From Eledone cirrhosa (lineage: Eukaryota): a stretch of 64,000 nucleotides of DNA. This document shows positions 1 through 17,695 of the stretch, one piece after another; within the stretch, counting starts at the first letter, position 1; each line of letters starts with the position of its first letter. Location of the stretch: contig CAXHJY010000372.1 in NCBI GenBank assembly GCA_964016885.1, positions 16,124 to 80,123 on the forward strand. Direction: 5' to 3'. The translations under genes were made by a program, and so were the position numbers. The notes beneath the pieces were generated by a model. That model was not told the origin of the DNA. It was given only the letters and a program-made list of their open reading frames with translations, and ran no database searches.

Positions 1-4
1 ATAA

Positions 5-35
<31 letters not shown>

Positions 36-273
36 GGTGTTAATAACTGTGTGTATGTGTGTGTTAGGGTGTTAATAACTGTGTGTGTGAGTGTGTTAGG
101 GTGTTAATAACTGTGTGTGTGTGTGTGTGTGTGTTAGGGTGTTAATAACTGTGTGTGTGAGTGTGTTAGGGTGTTAATAACTGTGTGTGTGTGTATGTGT
201 GTGTTAGGGTGTTAATAACTGTGTGTGTGAGTGTGTTAGGGTGTTAATAACTGTGAGTGTGTTAGGATGTTAA
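1..273. repeat. minisatellite: GTTAGGGTGTTAATAACT+(GT)n, about 8 units
   Basis: Directly visible tandem units with a variable GT spacer. Confidence 0.9.
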
Positions 274-754
274 TGAAGATTTTAAATCTCATCTGTCCCC
301 TGGGTTTCATGGAAATATGAAGAACGCGTTACTCCCCACATCGTCAGCTATATATATATATACGTATGTATATATGTATATATATATGTATATGTATGTA
401 TGTATATGTATGTATGTATGTATATATATGTATGTATATGTATGTATGTATATATATGTATGTATATGTATGTATGTATATATATGTATGTACATGTTTG
501 TATATATATATATGTATATGTATGTATCTATATGTATGTATATATATGTATGTATATGTATGTATATATATGTGTATATATATGTATGTATATATATATG
601 TATATATATGTATATATATATATATATATGTGTATGTGTGTGTGTGTGTATGTATGTATATATATGTTGTACTGTGTAATAGCTGTAAATACTTCCAAGT
701 AAAATGATATGAAAACAATCACACACACATACATACACTCAGATATATACACTC

Positions 755-817
<63 letters not shown>

Positions 818-916
818 ACAAATTTAGAATAGAAATGGGTTCTACTGGACTAGAATTTTTTCATTCGAATGAAACTTTTCTAGCCCTGTAGAAGCCATTT
901 CTATATTATATGTCTG

Positions 917-978
<62 letters not shown>

Positions 979-1312
979 AGTATGTATATATGTGTGTGTG
1001 AGTATGTATATATGTGTGTGTGTATGTATATGTGTGTGTATGTATATATATATATGTGTGTATGTATATATGTGTGTATGTATATATATATATGTGTGTG
1101 TATGTATGTATATATGTGTGTATGTATATATATATGTGTGTGTATGTATGTATATATGTGTGTATGTATGTATATATATATATGTGTGTGTGTGTATGTA
1201 TATATATATATGTGTGTGTGTATGTATATATATATGTGTGTGTGTATGTATGTATATATATGTGTGTGTGTGTGTGTATGTATATATATATATGTGTATG
1301 TGTGTGTGTATG

Positions 1313-1343
<31 letters not shown>

Positions 1344-1350
1344 ATATATA

Positions 1351-1384
<34 letters not shown>

Positions 1385-1595
1385 CATAAACACTCATTAC
1401 GAATTATCGAAGCGGTGGAAATGTCTGGAATGTGAAAATGTGAACGTCACAAACGCTGAAAAGATCTGCTAACAATCGATCACAATAGATATTAATTGGA
1501 TAATTGGATAATTTATACCCAGAGACGGAGAAATGGTAGACAGAGGCGCCAAATCTATGGGTGTATATGTACGTATGTGTGTATGTATGTATATA

Positions 1596-1745
1596 GGGCG
1601 GAGGAACTCGGCAGAGTTAATGGCCATCCAAATAGTTGGGGTTTTTTTCCACCTGGGCGTGAAAGACCCCCCAGTTGTTGTGACAACACCTTTCTAAGAG
1701 AGGAAACTCTGAAAAAACCTGCGTCTTCTGAAACATCTGATGATG
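1596..1745 (+). mobile_element. RTE-type LINE 5'UTR-like fragment
   Basis: Motif ...CTAAGAGAGGAAACTCTGA...AACCTGC, similar to 53945-53986 (CTAGGAGAAGGAAAACTCTGA...ACCTGC). Confidence 0.35.
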
Positions 1746-2759
1746 TTGACCAATTCTCCTTTTCGTGTAGTGTTTTCGACAAGGACACCAGAAGACTCCA
1801 CTGCTATGGGTAGCCAACTCTGTGCATATGGTAGTAAGTAGGGAGGTGGACCTAGGACCAAGGACACCAGAAGTCGATGGTGGTGAGCAGGGAAGTACTC
1901 CTAGGTCTAAGGACACCAGAGGTCTCCACTGGTTTCCATATGAGAGACATAAAGCCAGATGTAAACACAGAAGGTTAGAAGTGGAGAAAACAGAGCAAGA
2001 TATTTAGTCCAATGTTTTAATAGTTCTGCCACAAGAATATAAATAAAATAAATGAAGAATTTTATTCAAAATTAGATTTTTTCCAATTCTCTGAAGAATT
2101 CATTTGATATTCCAAGAAAACATTTTGTAACAACTTTTCAATAGACCCTCATAAACAATCTCATACACACACACACACACACACACATACACACACATAC
2201 ACACACATATAAACAATCTCGTACACACCCACACTCACACACATATATAAACAATCTCATGCACACACACATAAATAATCTCACACACACACACACACAC
2301 ACACACAAAACATCTCATACACACAGTCATGTTTATTACCTCTCACTTTTTCTCTACCTCTCTCTCTCTCTCTACCTCTCACTCTCTATCTATCTCTCTG
2401 TCTACCTCTCTCTATCTCTCTGTCTACCTCTCTCCACCTCTCTCTATCTATCTCTCTGTCTACCTCTCTCTCTCTCTCTCTCTCTCTTTCTACCACTCCC
2501 CCTCTCTTCTTAGTCGTCTTCCCCTTCTTCACTCTCTCCCAATCTTCTTCTCTCCCTCCCCCCTTCACACTCTTTACATCCCCCTCCCTATCCACACGTA
2601 TCTCCCACTGCCTACAATCGTGTATGCCTCATTGTGTGCACTCGCACGTGTATCTGTGTATATTAGGAAATGGATTATGTAATTATGAATACGCACACAG
2701 ATATTTACACGTATAAGTACGTATGCGCATGCGTGCCTATGTATATAGCTACACATAGT

Positions 2760-5170
<2,411 letters not shown>

Positions 5171-5386
5171 GTGTGTGTGTGTGTGCGTGTGTGTTGTTTA
5201 TTTTGGGTAGAAAAACATAAACCTGCTGAACACACATTCGTCTTAGATCCGTGTAAAATTTGATTTTGTATTTGTTATGTAAACATGTTAACAAGCGCGA
5301 GAGGCTGAAGGTGTCCTTCCTGTAGTCGCCATCTTGGACGTATGTACACACCAGCGAATATATTGATATTCAGAAAGGCTCTTTAA

Positions 5387-5747
5387 CCCTTTGCCATTTA
5401 CATTACTCTATATATACTATTGTATTTTCACAGTAAAGACTTTACTCACATAATATCTCACATAACATTTACATTACTCTATATACACTATTGTATTTTC
5501 ACAGTAAAGGCTTTACCTCACATAATATCTCACATAACATTTACATTACTCTATATACACTATTGTATTTTCACAGTAAAGACTTTACCTCACATAATAT
5601 CTCACATAATATCGAACCTATGAGATTTTGATATTATTATTTTGAAAACAATACCTTAATATCAGTAAGCATGGCCAGTTATGGCCGGTTTGAACAGAAT
5701 AGGCGAGACAATTCTGGACGGATATGGCTAGTTTAAATGCTAAAGGG
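5387..5747 (+). mobile_element. non-autonomous piggyBac-type MITE with internal 72-bp subrepeats
   Basis: TTAA at 5383-5386 and 5748-5751, CCC...GGG termini, TIRs CCCTTTGCCATTTA / TAAATGCTAAAGGG (12/14 match), about 3 internal repeats. Confidence 0.8.
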
Positions 5748-5884
5748 TTAAGCAAAGTTTCGGTTTTGATAAATAACGGGTTGTAATTTAGGCACAAGGC
5801 CAACAATTTTTTATTGGGGGGTGAGGGGAACGTCGATTTAATCAACCCTTGTGTATTACTGCTACTTTATTTTATCGACCCTCG

Positions 5885-6070
5885 TTTAATGAAGTTATCA
5901 GTAGTTGGACATACAATTGCTGTCAGCCTGTACCCCTCTCAAAGACTGGTTATGTTAATCACCTGAAGTCACACGAAAGGGTAACCACCCGAAACACCAT
6001 TCAACAAAGACCTGTCGAAACAACGGGTGTAAGATGTAACAAAGTGTGTAGAACTAGTTCCGGTCTACAA
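5885..6070 (+). mobile_element. RTE/BovB-like LINE 3' remnant (degenerate C2H2-like fingers)
   Basis: Translation SKTGYVNHLKSH...RCNKVCRTSSGL resembles the C-terminus of RTE ORFs. Confidence 0.45.
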
Positions 6071-6361
6071 GAGAGCGAGACAGGAAGTGGAGAGGGAGAG
6101 ACGCTCACGTTGACATGAAGGCCGACAATAATGGAAGACATCTTATGATACACCTACACATATATATACACCAGTGTGCACACACACACACATGTGCACA
6201 CACACCAGTGTGTACACAGATATACATTACTACATTAGCAGTCTACAAACAAATACCTCACTGCAGAAACACATGTGCATACACACACACACACACATAT
6301 ATATGTATATATATATATACATATATGTGTATATATATATATATACATATTTATGTGTGTT

Positions 6362-6392
<31 letters not shown>

Positions 6393-6732
6393 ATATATAT
6401 ATATACACACACATTTATGTGTGTATATATATGCATACATATTTTTTTAATATATATGTATATATATATATATATATATACACACATTTATATGTGTGTA
6501 TATATATACATATATATACATATATATGTGTATATATATATATATGTGTATATATATATATATATATATACACACATTTATGTGTGTATATATATATATA
6601 CATATGCATGTGTATATATATATACATATAGAGATATAGAGACACACATATATATATACACCACACACACACATATACACACCACACACGTCATTTCATA
6701 TTTGTCTATCTATCTATATATCTATCTAACCC

Positions 6733-6813
<81 letters not shown>

Positions 6814-6852
6814 CTATATATATATATGTGTCTATATATGTATATATATGTT

Positions 6853-7028
<176 letters not shown>

Positions 7029-7233
7029 AACATATATATACATATATATAAACATATATATAGACATATATTCTACATTCTTGTTTATATATACCCCCCC
7101 CCCCCATCTCCTCTTCCTCATTTTGTTGTTGGTTTCATTTATCTTCGTTCTGCCTTTCCTTCTTTTTCTTCTTTTCTTCTTCTTTTTCTTGCCCCTCCCC
7201 CAAAATTGCTGGCCTTGTGCCTATATAAGAAGC

Positions 7234-7281
<48 letters not shown>

Positions 7282-7986
7282 CATCCTTTTCTTCTTTTTC
7301 CTCTTCTATCTCTCTCTCTCCCTTACTTACCCTCTTCCTCTTCACCATCTACAAGCTATCTACTCCCACCTCCCTATCTATCTCTCTCTCTCTATCCCTC
7401 CATATATCTCTCTTTCTCTATCCCTCCATATCTCTCTCTCTCTCTATCCCTCCCCATCTCTCTCTATCTATCTATCTATCTATCTATCTCTATCTCTATC
7501 CCTCCATATCTCTCTCTATCTCTCTCTATCTCTCTATATCTATTTCTCTATCCCTCTCTATCCCTCTCTATCCCTCCCCCTCTCTATCCCTCCCCCTCTC
7601 TATCCCTCCCTATCCCTCTCTATCCCTCTCTATCCCTCCCTATCTCTCCCTATCTCTCTATCTCCCTCTATTCCTGCCCCACCATCTACAAGCTATCTAC
7701 TACTCCTCTACTTCTCAGTAAATATTTCCCACGAGTGTCTTATATACAGCCAGTGGTTGCCACAACATACTCATATTACTCTCCACCCTACAAGCCAGCT
7801 ATTTCCTTCACTTTATTTTATATTTCTTTAGCTTAGTTTTTTTTTATTAGAATTTGTTTTAATTTATGTAGAGAGAATACTTTGCTCACTTCTGTTTGGG
7901 ATCTTGAATCTGACCCTCGCCCACCTCACCTACCCCGTCCATTTCTCGCCTTCTTCTCCTCCACACACACACACACACACCCTCTC

Positions 7987-8025
<39 letters not shown>

Positions 8026-8340
8026 TGCTTTCTCTCTCACACACACCTCTATCTATCTCTCTTTCACTCTGTCTCCCTTTCTCTCTCTTTTTCTCATATA
8101 CACACACCCCATCTCTCTGTCTCTCTCTTTCTGTCTCTTATACACACGTGATACACACCTTCTATCTCTCTCTCTCTATCTTTCTCTCTCTTTCTCTGAC
8201 ACACACGTGCAAACACACTTACACACACTTTCTCAGTTTCTCTGTCTTACACACGCACACACACAGACACAGGCTTTCTCTCTCTCTCTCTCTCTATCTA
8301 TCTCTCTCTCTCTCTTTATAAGACACACTCCAAGCAAAAA

Positions 8341-8389
<49 letters not shown>

Positions 8390-8721
8390 CATACACACAC
8401 ACACACACACATATAAAACAAAACGCATATATATAAATAAAAGTACACACACACACATACATATACATATATATACTGGATATAAAAAATATAACATTGA
8501 TATGAATTATTAAAAATAAGTAAAACAAACGGCGGAGCAGAAGACGAAAATATACAAATTATGTAAAACAAACTAAACAAGAAGTAAAACCAACCAAATG
8601 ACAAAGAAAAATAGTGACACACATCTACGGATTCCTGCACACACATATACATACACACATATATATATATACATATATATATAAATACACGTATATATAT
8701 ACATATATATATAAATACACG

Positions 8722-8870
<149 letters not shown>

Positions 8871-8896
8871 GTATATATATACATATATATATATAG

Positions 8897-8966
<70 letters not shown>

Positions 8967-9724
8967 GATTATATATATATATGATTATTTATAGAGATAA
9001 TTATGGTGATATTCAGTTTCCGTTACTGTAATTTCGATGAAACACGTGTCAGAGTTATGCAATAAATTTTATTTCAATTCTTCTGGAATGTCATGTTTTA
9101 AATAATAATTATGTAAATTTTTACAATTATATATAAATATAATTTTTTATATACATAATTATATATATATATATATATATATAATTATATATATATAACT
9201 CAACACAGGATTTCATATCAAAAACCTTGCGAAACAAATTCATATATATATATATATCTGTGAATTTGTTTCACAAGGTTTTTGATATGAAATTATATAT
9301 ATATATATATATAATTATATAAATATAAATTCAGCGAGAATCGCATTTCGGCGGGTATAAAAAGCGAAACGTAGTCATGCTGGCAAGCACTCCAATAGTT
9401 AAAAAAACTAGAGTTAAACAATATGTTAAAACGCCATACAAACTGAAAAGTGGTCAAGAAGGCATTAACAACCTAAGCCAAAAAGCAAATCAAGCTAAAC
9501 AGGTAAAACAAAATAAATGATAAAAACAGACCTGGACACAAATGGAATTGATGGTAAAATCCAAATGCAGGGTTTCTATGACACCTAAATCAAAATACTG
9601 TCTGCTTAAAAATTATAAGCTTTTGGTGTAATGATCGAACAAGGAATATCACGTTATCAACAGGTATTTTGCTCTGCAGCCAACTTTGTGAATGACGTAG
9701 AGCCTTATATAATTATATATATAT

Positions 9725-9771
<47 letters not shown>

Positions 9772-9781
9772 TATATATATA

Positions 9782-9819
<38 letters not shown>

Positions 9820-10413
9820 ATTATATATAATTATATATATATATAATTATATATAATTATATATAATTATATATAATTATATATATATATATATAATTAT
9901 ATATATATAATTATATATATATATATATATATAATTATATATATATATAATTATATATATATATATATATAATTATATATATATATATATAATTATATAT
10001 AATTATATATATATATAATTATATATAATTATATATATAATTATATATATATATAATTATATATATATATATATATATATAATTATATATAATTATATAT
10101 ATATATATAATTATATATAATTATATATATAATTATATATATATATAATTATATATATATATAATTATATATATATATAATTATATAAATATATATATAT
10201 AATTATATATATATATATATAATTATATATATATAATTATATATAATTATATATATATATAATTATATATATATAATTATATATAATTATATATATATAT
10301 AATTATATATATATATATATATATATTTATAATTATATAAATATATATATAATTATATAAATATATATATATAATTATATATATAATTATATAATTATAT
10401 ATAATTATATATA

Positions 10414-10502
<89 letters not shown>

Positions 10503-10618
10503 TGTGTCTGGTTTGTTGAAGAACACGACAGCCTCGAAAACAACTCTGGAAATCGAACCTCTAATTTTACAATCGTTATCCGAGCACCGTAATAACTAAG
10601 CCACTAAACCATCCCCCA

Positions 10619-10703
<85 letters not shown>

Positions 10704-10939
10704 AAATTAACTAACGTGTCATTTTTTTCTTTATTTTTCTTCTTTTTTTCATTTCTTTTCGTTTCGTTTTTTTTTTCTCTTTCGCCGAGGAGAGGGTAGT
10801 GGTGTGTGTGTCTGTGTGTTTGTGTGTGTCTGTATGTGTGTGTATCTGTGTGTGTGTATGTGTTTGTGTGTGTGTATGTATATGTGTATATGAGTGTGTG
10901 TGTGTATGAGTGTGTGTATGTATGTATATATGTGTCTGA

Positions 10940-10972
<33 letters not shown>

Positions 10973-11020
10973 GATGTGTGTGTGTGTGTATGTGTATGTG
11001 TGTATGTATGTATGTGTGTA

Positions 11021-11051
<31 letters not shown>

Positions 11052-11313
11052 GTGTGTGTGTGTATGTATGTATATATGTGTGTGTGTATATGTGTATATA
11101 TATATGTGTGTGTGTGTGTATGTGTGTATGTATGTATATATGTGTGTATGAGTGTGTGTGATTTATAGATGAAAAAATAAATAAAGTAATTGTTTTAAAG
11201 TTTAGTGCATTTAATTTAAGCGATGGGACACAGCGCGGATTGTGAAAGAATGCAGTGTTTTATAATTTGCAGTATAAACAACACCACGTTCACTTAAATC
11301 TCATATGGTTTCT

Positions 11314-11385
<72 letters not shown>

Positions 11386-12427
11386 TGTATGTATGTATGT
11401 ATGTATGTATGTATGTATGTATGTATGTATGTGTATGTATATATATGTATGTATATATATATATATGTATATATATATGTATGTATATATATGTACATAT
11501 ATGTGTATATATGTATATATATATGTATGTATATATATATATATGTATATATATATGTATGTATATATATGTACATATATGTGTATATATGTATATATAT
11601 ATGTATGTATATATATATATATGTATATATATATGTATGTATATATATGTACATATATGTGTATATATGTATATATATATGTATGTATGTATATATATAT
11701 ATGTATGTATATATATGTATATATATATGTATGTATATATATATGTACATATATGTGTATATATATATATGTGTGTATATATGTATGTATATATATATGT
11801 ACATATATGTGTATATATATATATGTGTGTGTATATATGTATGCATATATATATCTACATATATGTGTGTATGTATATATGTACATATATGTAAGTATGT
11901 ATATATGTATGTGTGTATATATGTATATATATATGTATGTATATATGTATATATATATGTATGTATATATATATATATATGTAAGTATGTATATATGTAT
12001 GTGTGTATATATGTACATATATGTATATATATATGTATGTATATATATATGTATGTATATATATATATATATGTATGTATATGTATATGTATGTATGTTT
12101 ATATATGTATATGTATGTATGTGTATATAGGTATATATATATATATATCTTTATATGTATATGTATGTATGTATATATATATATGTATGTATGTATATAT
12201 ATATATGTATATATATATATGTATATATATGTATGTTTATATGTATATGTATGTATATGTATGTATTTATGTATATATTATATTCATATATGTATTTTTA
12301 TATGTATATATACATATATATATGTATATATACATATATATATGTATATATATGTGTGTGTGAGTGTAGTTTGGCACTATAATGCTGAATATAAACTGCA
12401 GAGGTATACATATATGTGTGGGATGCT

Positions 12428-12479
<52 letters not shown>

Positions 12480-12509
12480 CATATGCATACATACGCACAC
12501 ATATAAACG

Positions 12510-12550
<41 letters not shown>

Positions 12551-12689
12551 ACACCTCTGCAGTCTCTATCCAGTGATATAATACTAAGCTCAGTTTTGAC
12601 TTGTATTTGTCATCACTTTTGAAATTATTTTCTTTCTCTCTGTCTATCTATCTATCTATCTATCTCTCTCTCCTCCTGTCTGTCTCCAC

Positions 12690-13390
12690 CCCGGCGATCA
12701 GTGGAGACTCCACTTCGTCATTCTATAGAGGGTTGATCCGCAGCAAGTGCGACGACGCGCTCGGTGAAACTCTGGGTGTAGAGGAACACGAACTGGCCAG
12801 TCTGTTCGGTAGGACCTTCCGCCCGAGACCAATGGACAACTTCCAAAAGTCTCTGGCTTGGCAGTGCTACCCAGGAGCTCTACCACCCTCCTTCAAAAAC
12901 GAAGGAGAGGCGGTTTTCCTTTGTGTTATGGCTATGGCGAAAGAAGTTGTATGGTGGACGAGGTTAAAAAGGCTGAGGTCAGACACCTTTCTCTCCGGCC
13001 AACAACTGGTCCTTTTTTTTCAAGTACCACTTTAGAAGACGAATCAGGATGGAGAGAGAGGTGCTGTACCCCAGCAAGTTTTATGAAAGGTGGGTGAAAG
13101 TGGCGAGAATGGCCCAAGTGAATGGGCCTTCTCTCTATATCAGCCTGTAGGTTGAGGAAAAAGAGGAGGAGAGGAAAGGGGTACAAACTCTTCTTACTCC
13201 TGGAGATGAGGGTTGCACATTTTTTTTCGCGGTTATGTGTTACCCATATGAACTGTCTCCCTCTATTGGAGAAAATCGATTAACTTTTAAATTGTATTTG
13301 TGATAACATTTTACACGTTTTTATTGTATGTAAACTTCCCCCTTTGTATTTGTCCCCTTCTTTTGTGCCCCTGTGGCTAATAAAGAAACA
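12690..13390 (+). mobile_element. L1/Tx1-clade LINE 3' fragment (ORF2 C-terminus and 3'UTR)
   Basis: FQKSLAWQCYPGALP...VFLCVMAMAKEVVWWTR resembles the L1/Tx1 ORF2 C-terminal region, with frameshifts. Ends GTGGCTAATAAAG. Confidence 0.6.
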
Positions 13391-13847
13391 TATCTATCTA
13401 TCTCCCACTCTTTCTTTCTACCTTTCTTTCTCTGTCTCTCTCACACTAGTTGTTGAAACGGCAAGAGCTCAGCCGTCGGGTCCCAATTCTTTATAATATA
13501 GCCATACTCTACTACCCGAAGTATTGAGTACTCTGTTGAGTAATTGTCTAACCAGTTTCAAAACTGGTTCCATTCTAATTTATATATATATATATATATA
13601 TATATTCATTTATATTTTGTGGTTCACCAAGGGATTCGGACTCAAATACTTTTTTCTATTCTCTGTGTTTATCATAATTTCCTTTATTGATTAACTAATT
13701 ATGCAATCCACACCTGATGATGTCACCAGGATCTTACGTATCCATGCCATGGAAAGATATATATAGTGTTTTTGCAACAATTAAACTTTAAAGAGATATC
13801 ACCAGTCTGGCCTCCTGTTATTTTAATTAAATATAGGTGTATATATA

Positions 13848-13880
<33 letters not shown>

Positions 13881-13997
13881 CCACACACACACATACACGT
13901 CAGAAGAAACAGCAAATAATGTAGAAAAAGATAAGACACACATAATTTCAGAGATAATATACATATATATACATATATATATATATTATATATATTA

Positions 13998-14036
<39 letters not shown>

Positions 14037-14744
14037 AAAGATGCGCCTTGATTAAACATACATAAATTTATTCACCAATGATTTGCTTAGTATGTTTATG
14101 TCGACACAGGTGATGCAAATTATATATTAATGCATACCCACCTGTTATACATACATATATTATACACATTGAGATAACATACATATGAGTATATGTATAT
14201 ACACGTAGAGAATATATTTACATTACATGTTTTAAAATATTTACTGCCCAGAAATAAATATAAACACGTGTTCCCCAATAGCTTAATTAGACTCTTCAAG
14301 TACCTTCCAAGAAATTTTATGTGGGTTATTAGCCCGGCCCTCTTTTTTTTGGAACTCTCCAAGTAATCTTATGTGGGACTCCTTTCTCCTTTAATTGCCA
14401 GACTTTTTTTTGCCAGGGTTGTACTGGTTCTCACATCAGGATTCCTGAAGGAGTGGTTGTGTGTGTAAAAACGTTATTTAAAACGATCTTGCGCCATACC
14501 GATGTATTTTTAATTAATATCATGTGTTGTTGCGTGTAATCCTTACCTCATACACAACAGATTTGATATTTCTGTTGGGGAAGGGCTGTTCTCTTCAATC
14601 CTACAAGAGCAGCTTGGATTATCGTCGGGTATATTTTTGATAGTAAATAGGCGTCAAAACCTGACTGACAAGTGCTTCCCCAAGATCTCAAATCAGGGCG
14701 AAAGAACCCCAACGCTATCCACAAAGCCATAGGGTCTCCGCATT

Positions 14745-14990
14745 TAATTCCCGAAGTCAACTTTACCTTTCATCCTTTCGAGGTTGATAAAAAAAAGTAC
14801 CAGTCAAGTACTTGGGTCGATTCTTCCTCTATATCTCTTTCTTACCTCCTTCCTTTCTCTCCTTCTCACCATCTATCTCCCTCACTCCCTCCCTCAGTTC
14901 AAATCCTGCCGAGGTCAACTTTACCTTTCATCCATTCGAGGTCGATAAAAAAAGAACCAGTCAAGTGCTGGGATCGATTCTTCTTCTATA
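14745..14990 (+). mobile_element. two tandem partial copies of SINE family A (Meta-like central domain)
   Basis: CCGAGGTCAACTTTACCTTTCATCC...GGTCGATAAAAA...ACCAGTCAAGT occurs twice. Confidence 0.75.
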
Positions 14991-15269
14991 TCGATTTCCC
15001 ACTTCCTCTCTCTCACTCTCTCTCTCTCTCTCCTTCTCTGGAAGATATCGTCTGTATTCAGACCTGGAGATGGTCCCCACCAGGTTTTAAAAATTGCCCT
15101 AGAAAGGCCGTATATCAATACGGTAACCTTACAACTTCTTCGGCTTTTAAGGGACGATAGCAGACCAAATATTGCTATATTTTATATAGTTTATAGGTCT
15201 GACGTGCAAGATGTAAAACAAAAATACTAATAAAAAATAAAAGAAGACTGTATTTCAGATGTATTATTT

Positions 15270-15413
15270 CATAGAGTTACAGACCTTGCCATTCTGAGTT
15301 CGAATCCCGCCGAGGTTAACTTTGCCTTTCATCCTTACGGGGTCGATAAAATAAAGTACCAGTAATGCACTGGGATAATTGCTGACCTTGTGCCAAAAAG
15401 TAGAAACAATTAT
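15270..15413 (+). mobile_element. tRNA-derived SINE family A
   Basis: B-box GAGTTCGAATCCC, then GCCGAGGTTAACTTTGCCTTTCATCCTTACGGGGTCGATAAAATAAAGTACCAG. More than 10 copies in the window. Confidence 0.85.
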
Positions 15414-15565
15414 TTCATAGTGAGCACTTATATTGGAGAGTGAGGTGAGTGGAGACGTGTCATGGTTGGTGTTTAGGGCAGTGTGTCCCTAACTTGGGAG
15501 TCCCACAGATATATTAGTGGGGCTTCGCCGGCTAAGCTCAAAATTTCAAGTACTATGTATGTATG

Positions 15566-15612
<47 letters not shown>

Positions 15613-15613
15613 G

Positions 15614-15650
<37 letters not shown>

Positions 15651-15651
15651 G

Positions 15652-15714
<63 letters not shown>

Positions 15715-15729
15715 GTATATATATATATG

Positions 15730-15760
<31 letters not shown>

Positions 15761-16228
15761 GTATATATATATATGTATATATATATATATGTATATATAC
15801 ATATATATGTATATATACATATATATGTATATATACATACATTTGTGTGTGTATATGTATGTATGTATATATATATATGTGCATGTGTGTGTGTGTATAT
15901 ATGTATATATATGTGTGTGTATATATATATGTATATATATATATATACACATATGTATATATATATATATATACATACATGTATATATATATAAATATGT
16001 ATCTATATATTTATATATATATATACATACATATATATATATATATATAAATATAAATATATATTTATATGTATATATAAATATGTATCTATATATTTAT
16101 ATATATATATTTATATGTATACATATGTATTTATATATGTATATATATATATGTATATATATATATAAATATGTTTATATATATAAATATATATATACAT
16201 ACATATAAATATATACATACATATATTG

Positions 16229-16277
<49 letters not shown>

Positions 16278-16640
16278 CATACAGTATTGGGTATCCATTC
16301 TTTAAGTATAAACATTTCACTCATTTGATTGTTATAGCCGCTGGGGGAGGTGGGGGTTGTTGTAGTGGGTGGGGCGGGGGTTGTTGTAGGGGGTGGGGGG
16401 TCGTGGGAAAATTCATTTGAATAAAATAAATGGGAGCCGCTGGCTTATCGCTTATCGTTTCGTATTCCTCGAGATCAGTGCCGACCAACTCAATATGTTT
16501 GCTGCTCGGCCCCCTTACAGTGAGGTCATCGGCATAGGCTAAGACAGGCCTGTCCCATTCGAAGTTCGCTTAGGATGGCCCTCAATGTACCCCCAATTTG
16601 TGTAGTAGTGGCTCGAGAGTCAATACCTACAACAGAGACG

Positions 16641-16790
16641 AGTGAAGGCGCATGGCTTAGTGGTTAAAGCATTGGGCTTGCAATTGAAAGGTTGTGAATT
16701 CAATTCTCGGACCGGGTGATGTGTTGTTTCCTTGAACAAGACACTTTATTTCACGTTGCCCCCAGTTTACTCAGCTGTAGAAATGAGATG
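16641..16790 (+). mobile_element. tRNA-derived SINE family B (CORE-like domain)
   Basis: A-box TGGCTTAGTGG, B-box-like GAATTCAATTC, CORE-like CCTTGAACAAGACACTT. Other copies at 21861, 24398, 32575 and 32810. Confidence 0.75.
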
Positions 16791-16884
16791 ATAGGACTGG
16801 GATCCCTATCATTAAATTACCCAAGACACCTCCAACGAGATATACCTTGGAGGAGGCCAGCTAAACCTGCATAGGTGTGAGCTG

Positions 16885-16959
<75 letters not shown>

Positions 16960-17194
16960 TAACCTTGGTGAACCGAGCCCATTATGTTGAAAGGTCCCGA
17001 AATGTGGTCAAGGTTCTCTCTAAAACCACAGAGCAGATGTCGCTGGGCATTGCAGGAATCCATCCTCTGAAAACGGAGTCCGGAACCTGCGGCCTTGATG
17101 TCTAGCGCTAGGCAGGTTAGCTTGTAGTGTTAAGGCATTCGTGAGATTAAGAAAATAAGGGTTTTTTAAAGATTTTTACAGGACGTGGTGAAGA

Positions 17195-17237
<43 letters not shown>

Positions 17238-17399
17238 TCAAGGCACGCGTGTGTGTAGGGGAAGAGAGAGGGAGAGAGAGAGACAAATAGACAGACAGAA
17301 ACAGTTTATATACCCGTGAGAGTATATGCGTGTTTCTATTTATATACTCATACATAGGGCCTATGTGAGTGGGGTTCCAGCCGGTACTTTGTTCCGGGA

Positions 17400-17695
17400 G
17401 CCAAGAGCTAAGAAGGCCCCACAACAACTATACAACATCCACTTTGAGAAAGATCTTTGCCTGCTTCGGGCCCGAAAGGGGTCTTGTGCCGCCTTGCAAT
17501 ATTTCTCTTGGAGGTCCTGCCCCCAGGGATCGATTGTCGAAAGCTTTCGACTGATCTAAGTTGATCAGAACCCAACAATGGGTCATCTCGGCTGGGGCCC
17601 CTAGCATTATAGGTTTGTTGAAACCGGGATGGCCCGGGGATGAACAGGAAACCCGCTGTGAGGACCAAAACCCTCAAAATCACCACGATGATCTT
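17400..17695 (-). mobile_element. degraded L1/Tx1 reverse transcriptase fragment
   Basis: Minus strand 17571-17536 reads VLINLDQSKAFD, the non-LTR RT motif. Confidence 0.6.

Noticed and set aside
1-273. Telomere (TTAGGG in every unit)
   Set aside because: A single hexamer embedded in a longer minisatellite unit, not tandem TTAGGG.
1398-1472. RanBP2-type zinc finger-like WKCLECENVNVTNAEKIC
   Set aside because: Spacing is off, a stop precedes the fourth Cys, and there are no credible splice sites.
9355-9510. TATAAAAA followed by ORF MLASTPIVKK... with CAG|GTAAAA as alternative HES exon 1
   Set aside because: Does not supply the conserved RK of the basic region; the 21324/23883 exon fits far better.
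16641-16715. tRNA gene
   Set aside because: A/B boxes are present but there is no cloverleaf and it continues into a SINE body.
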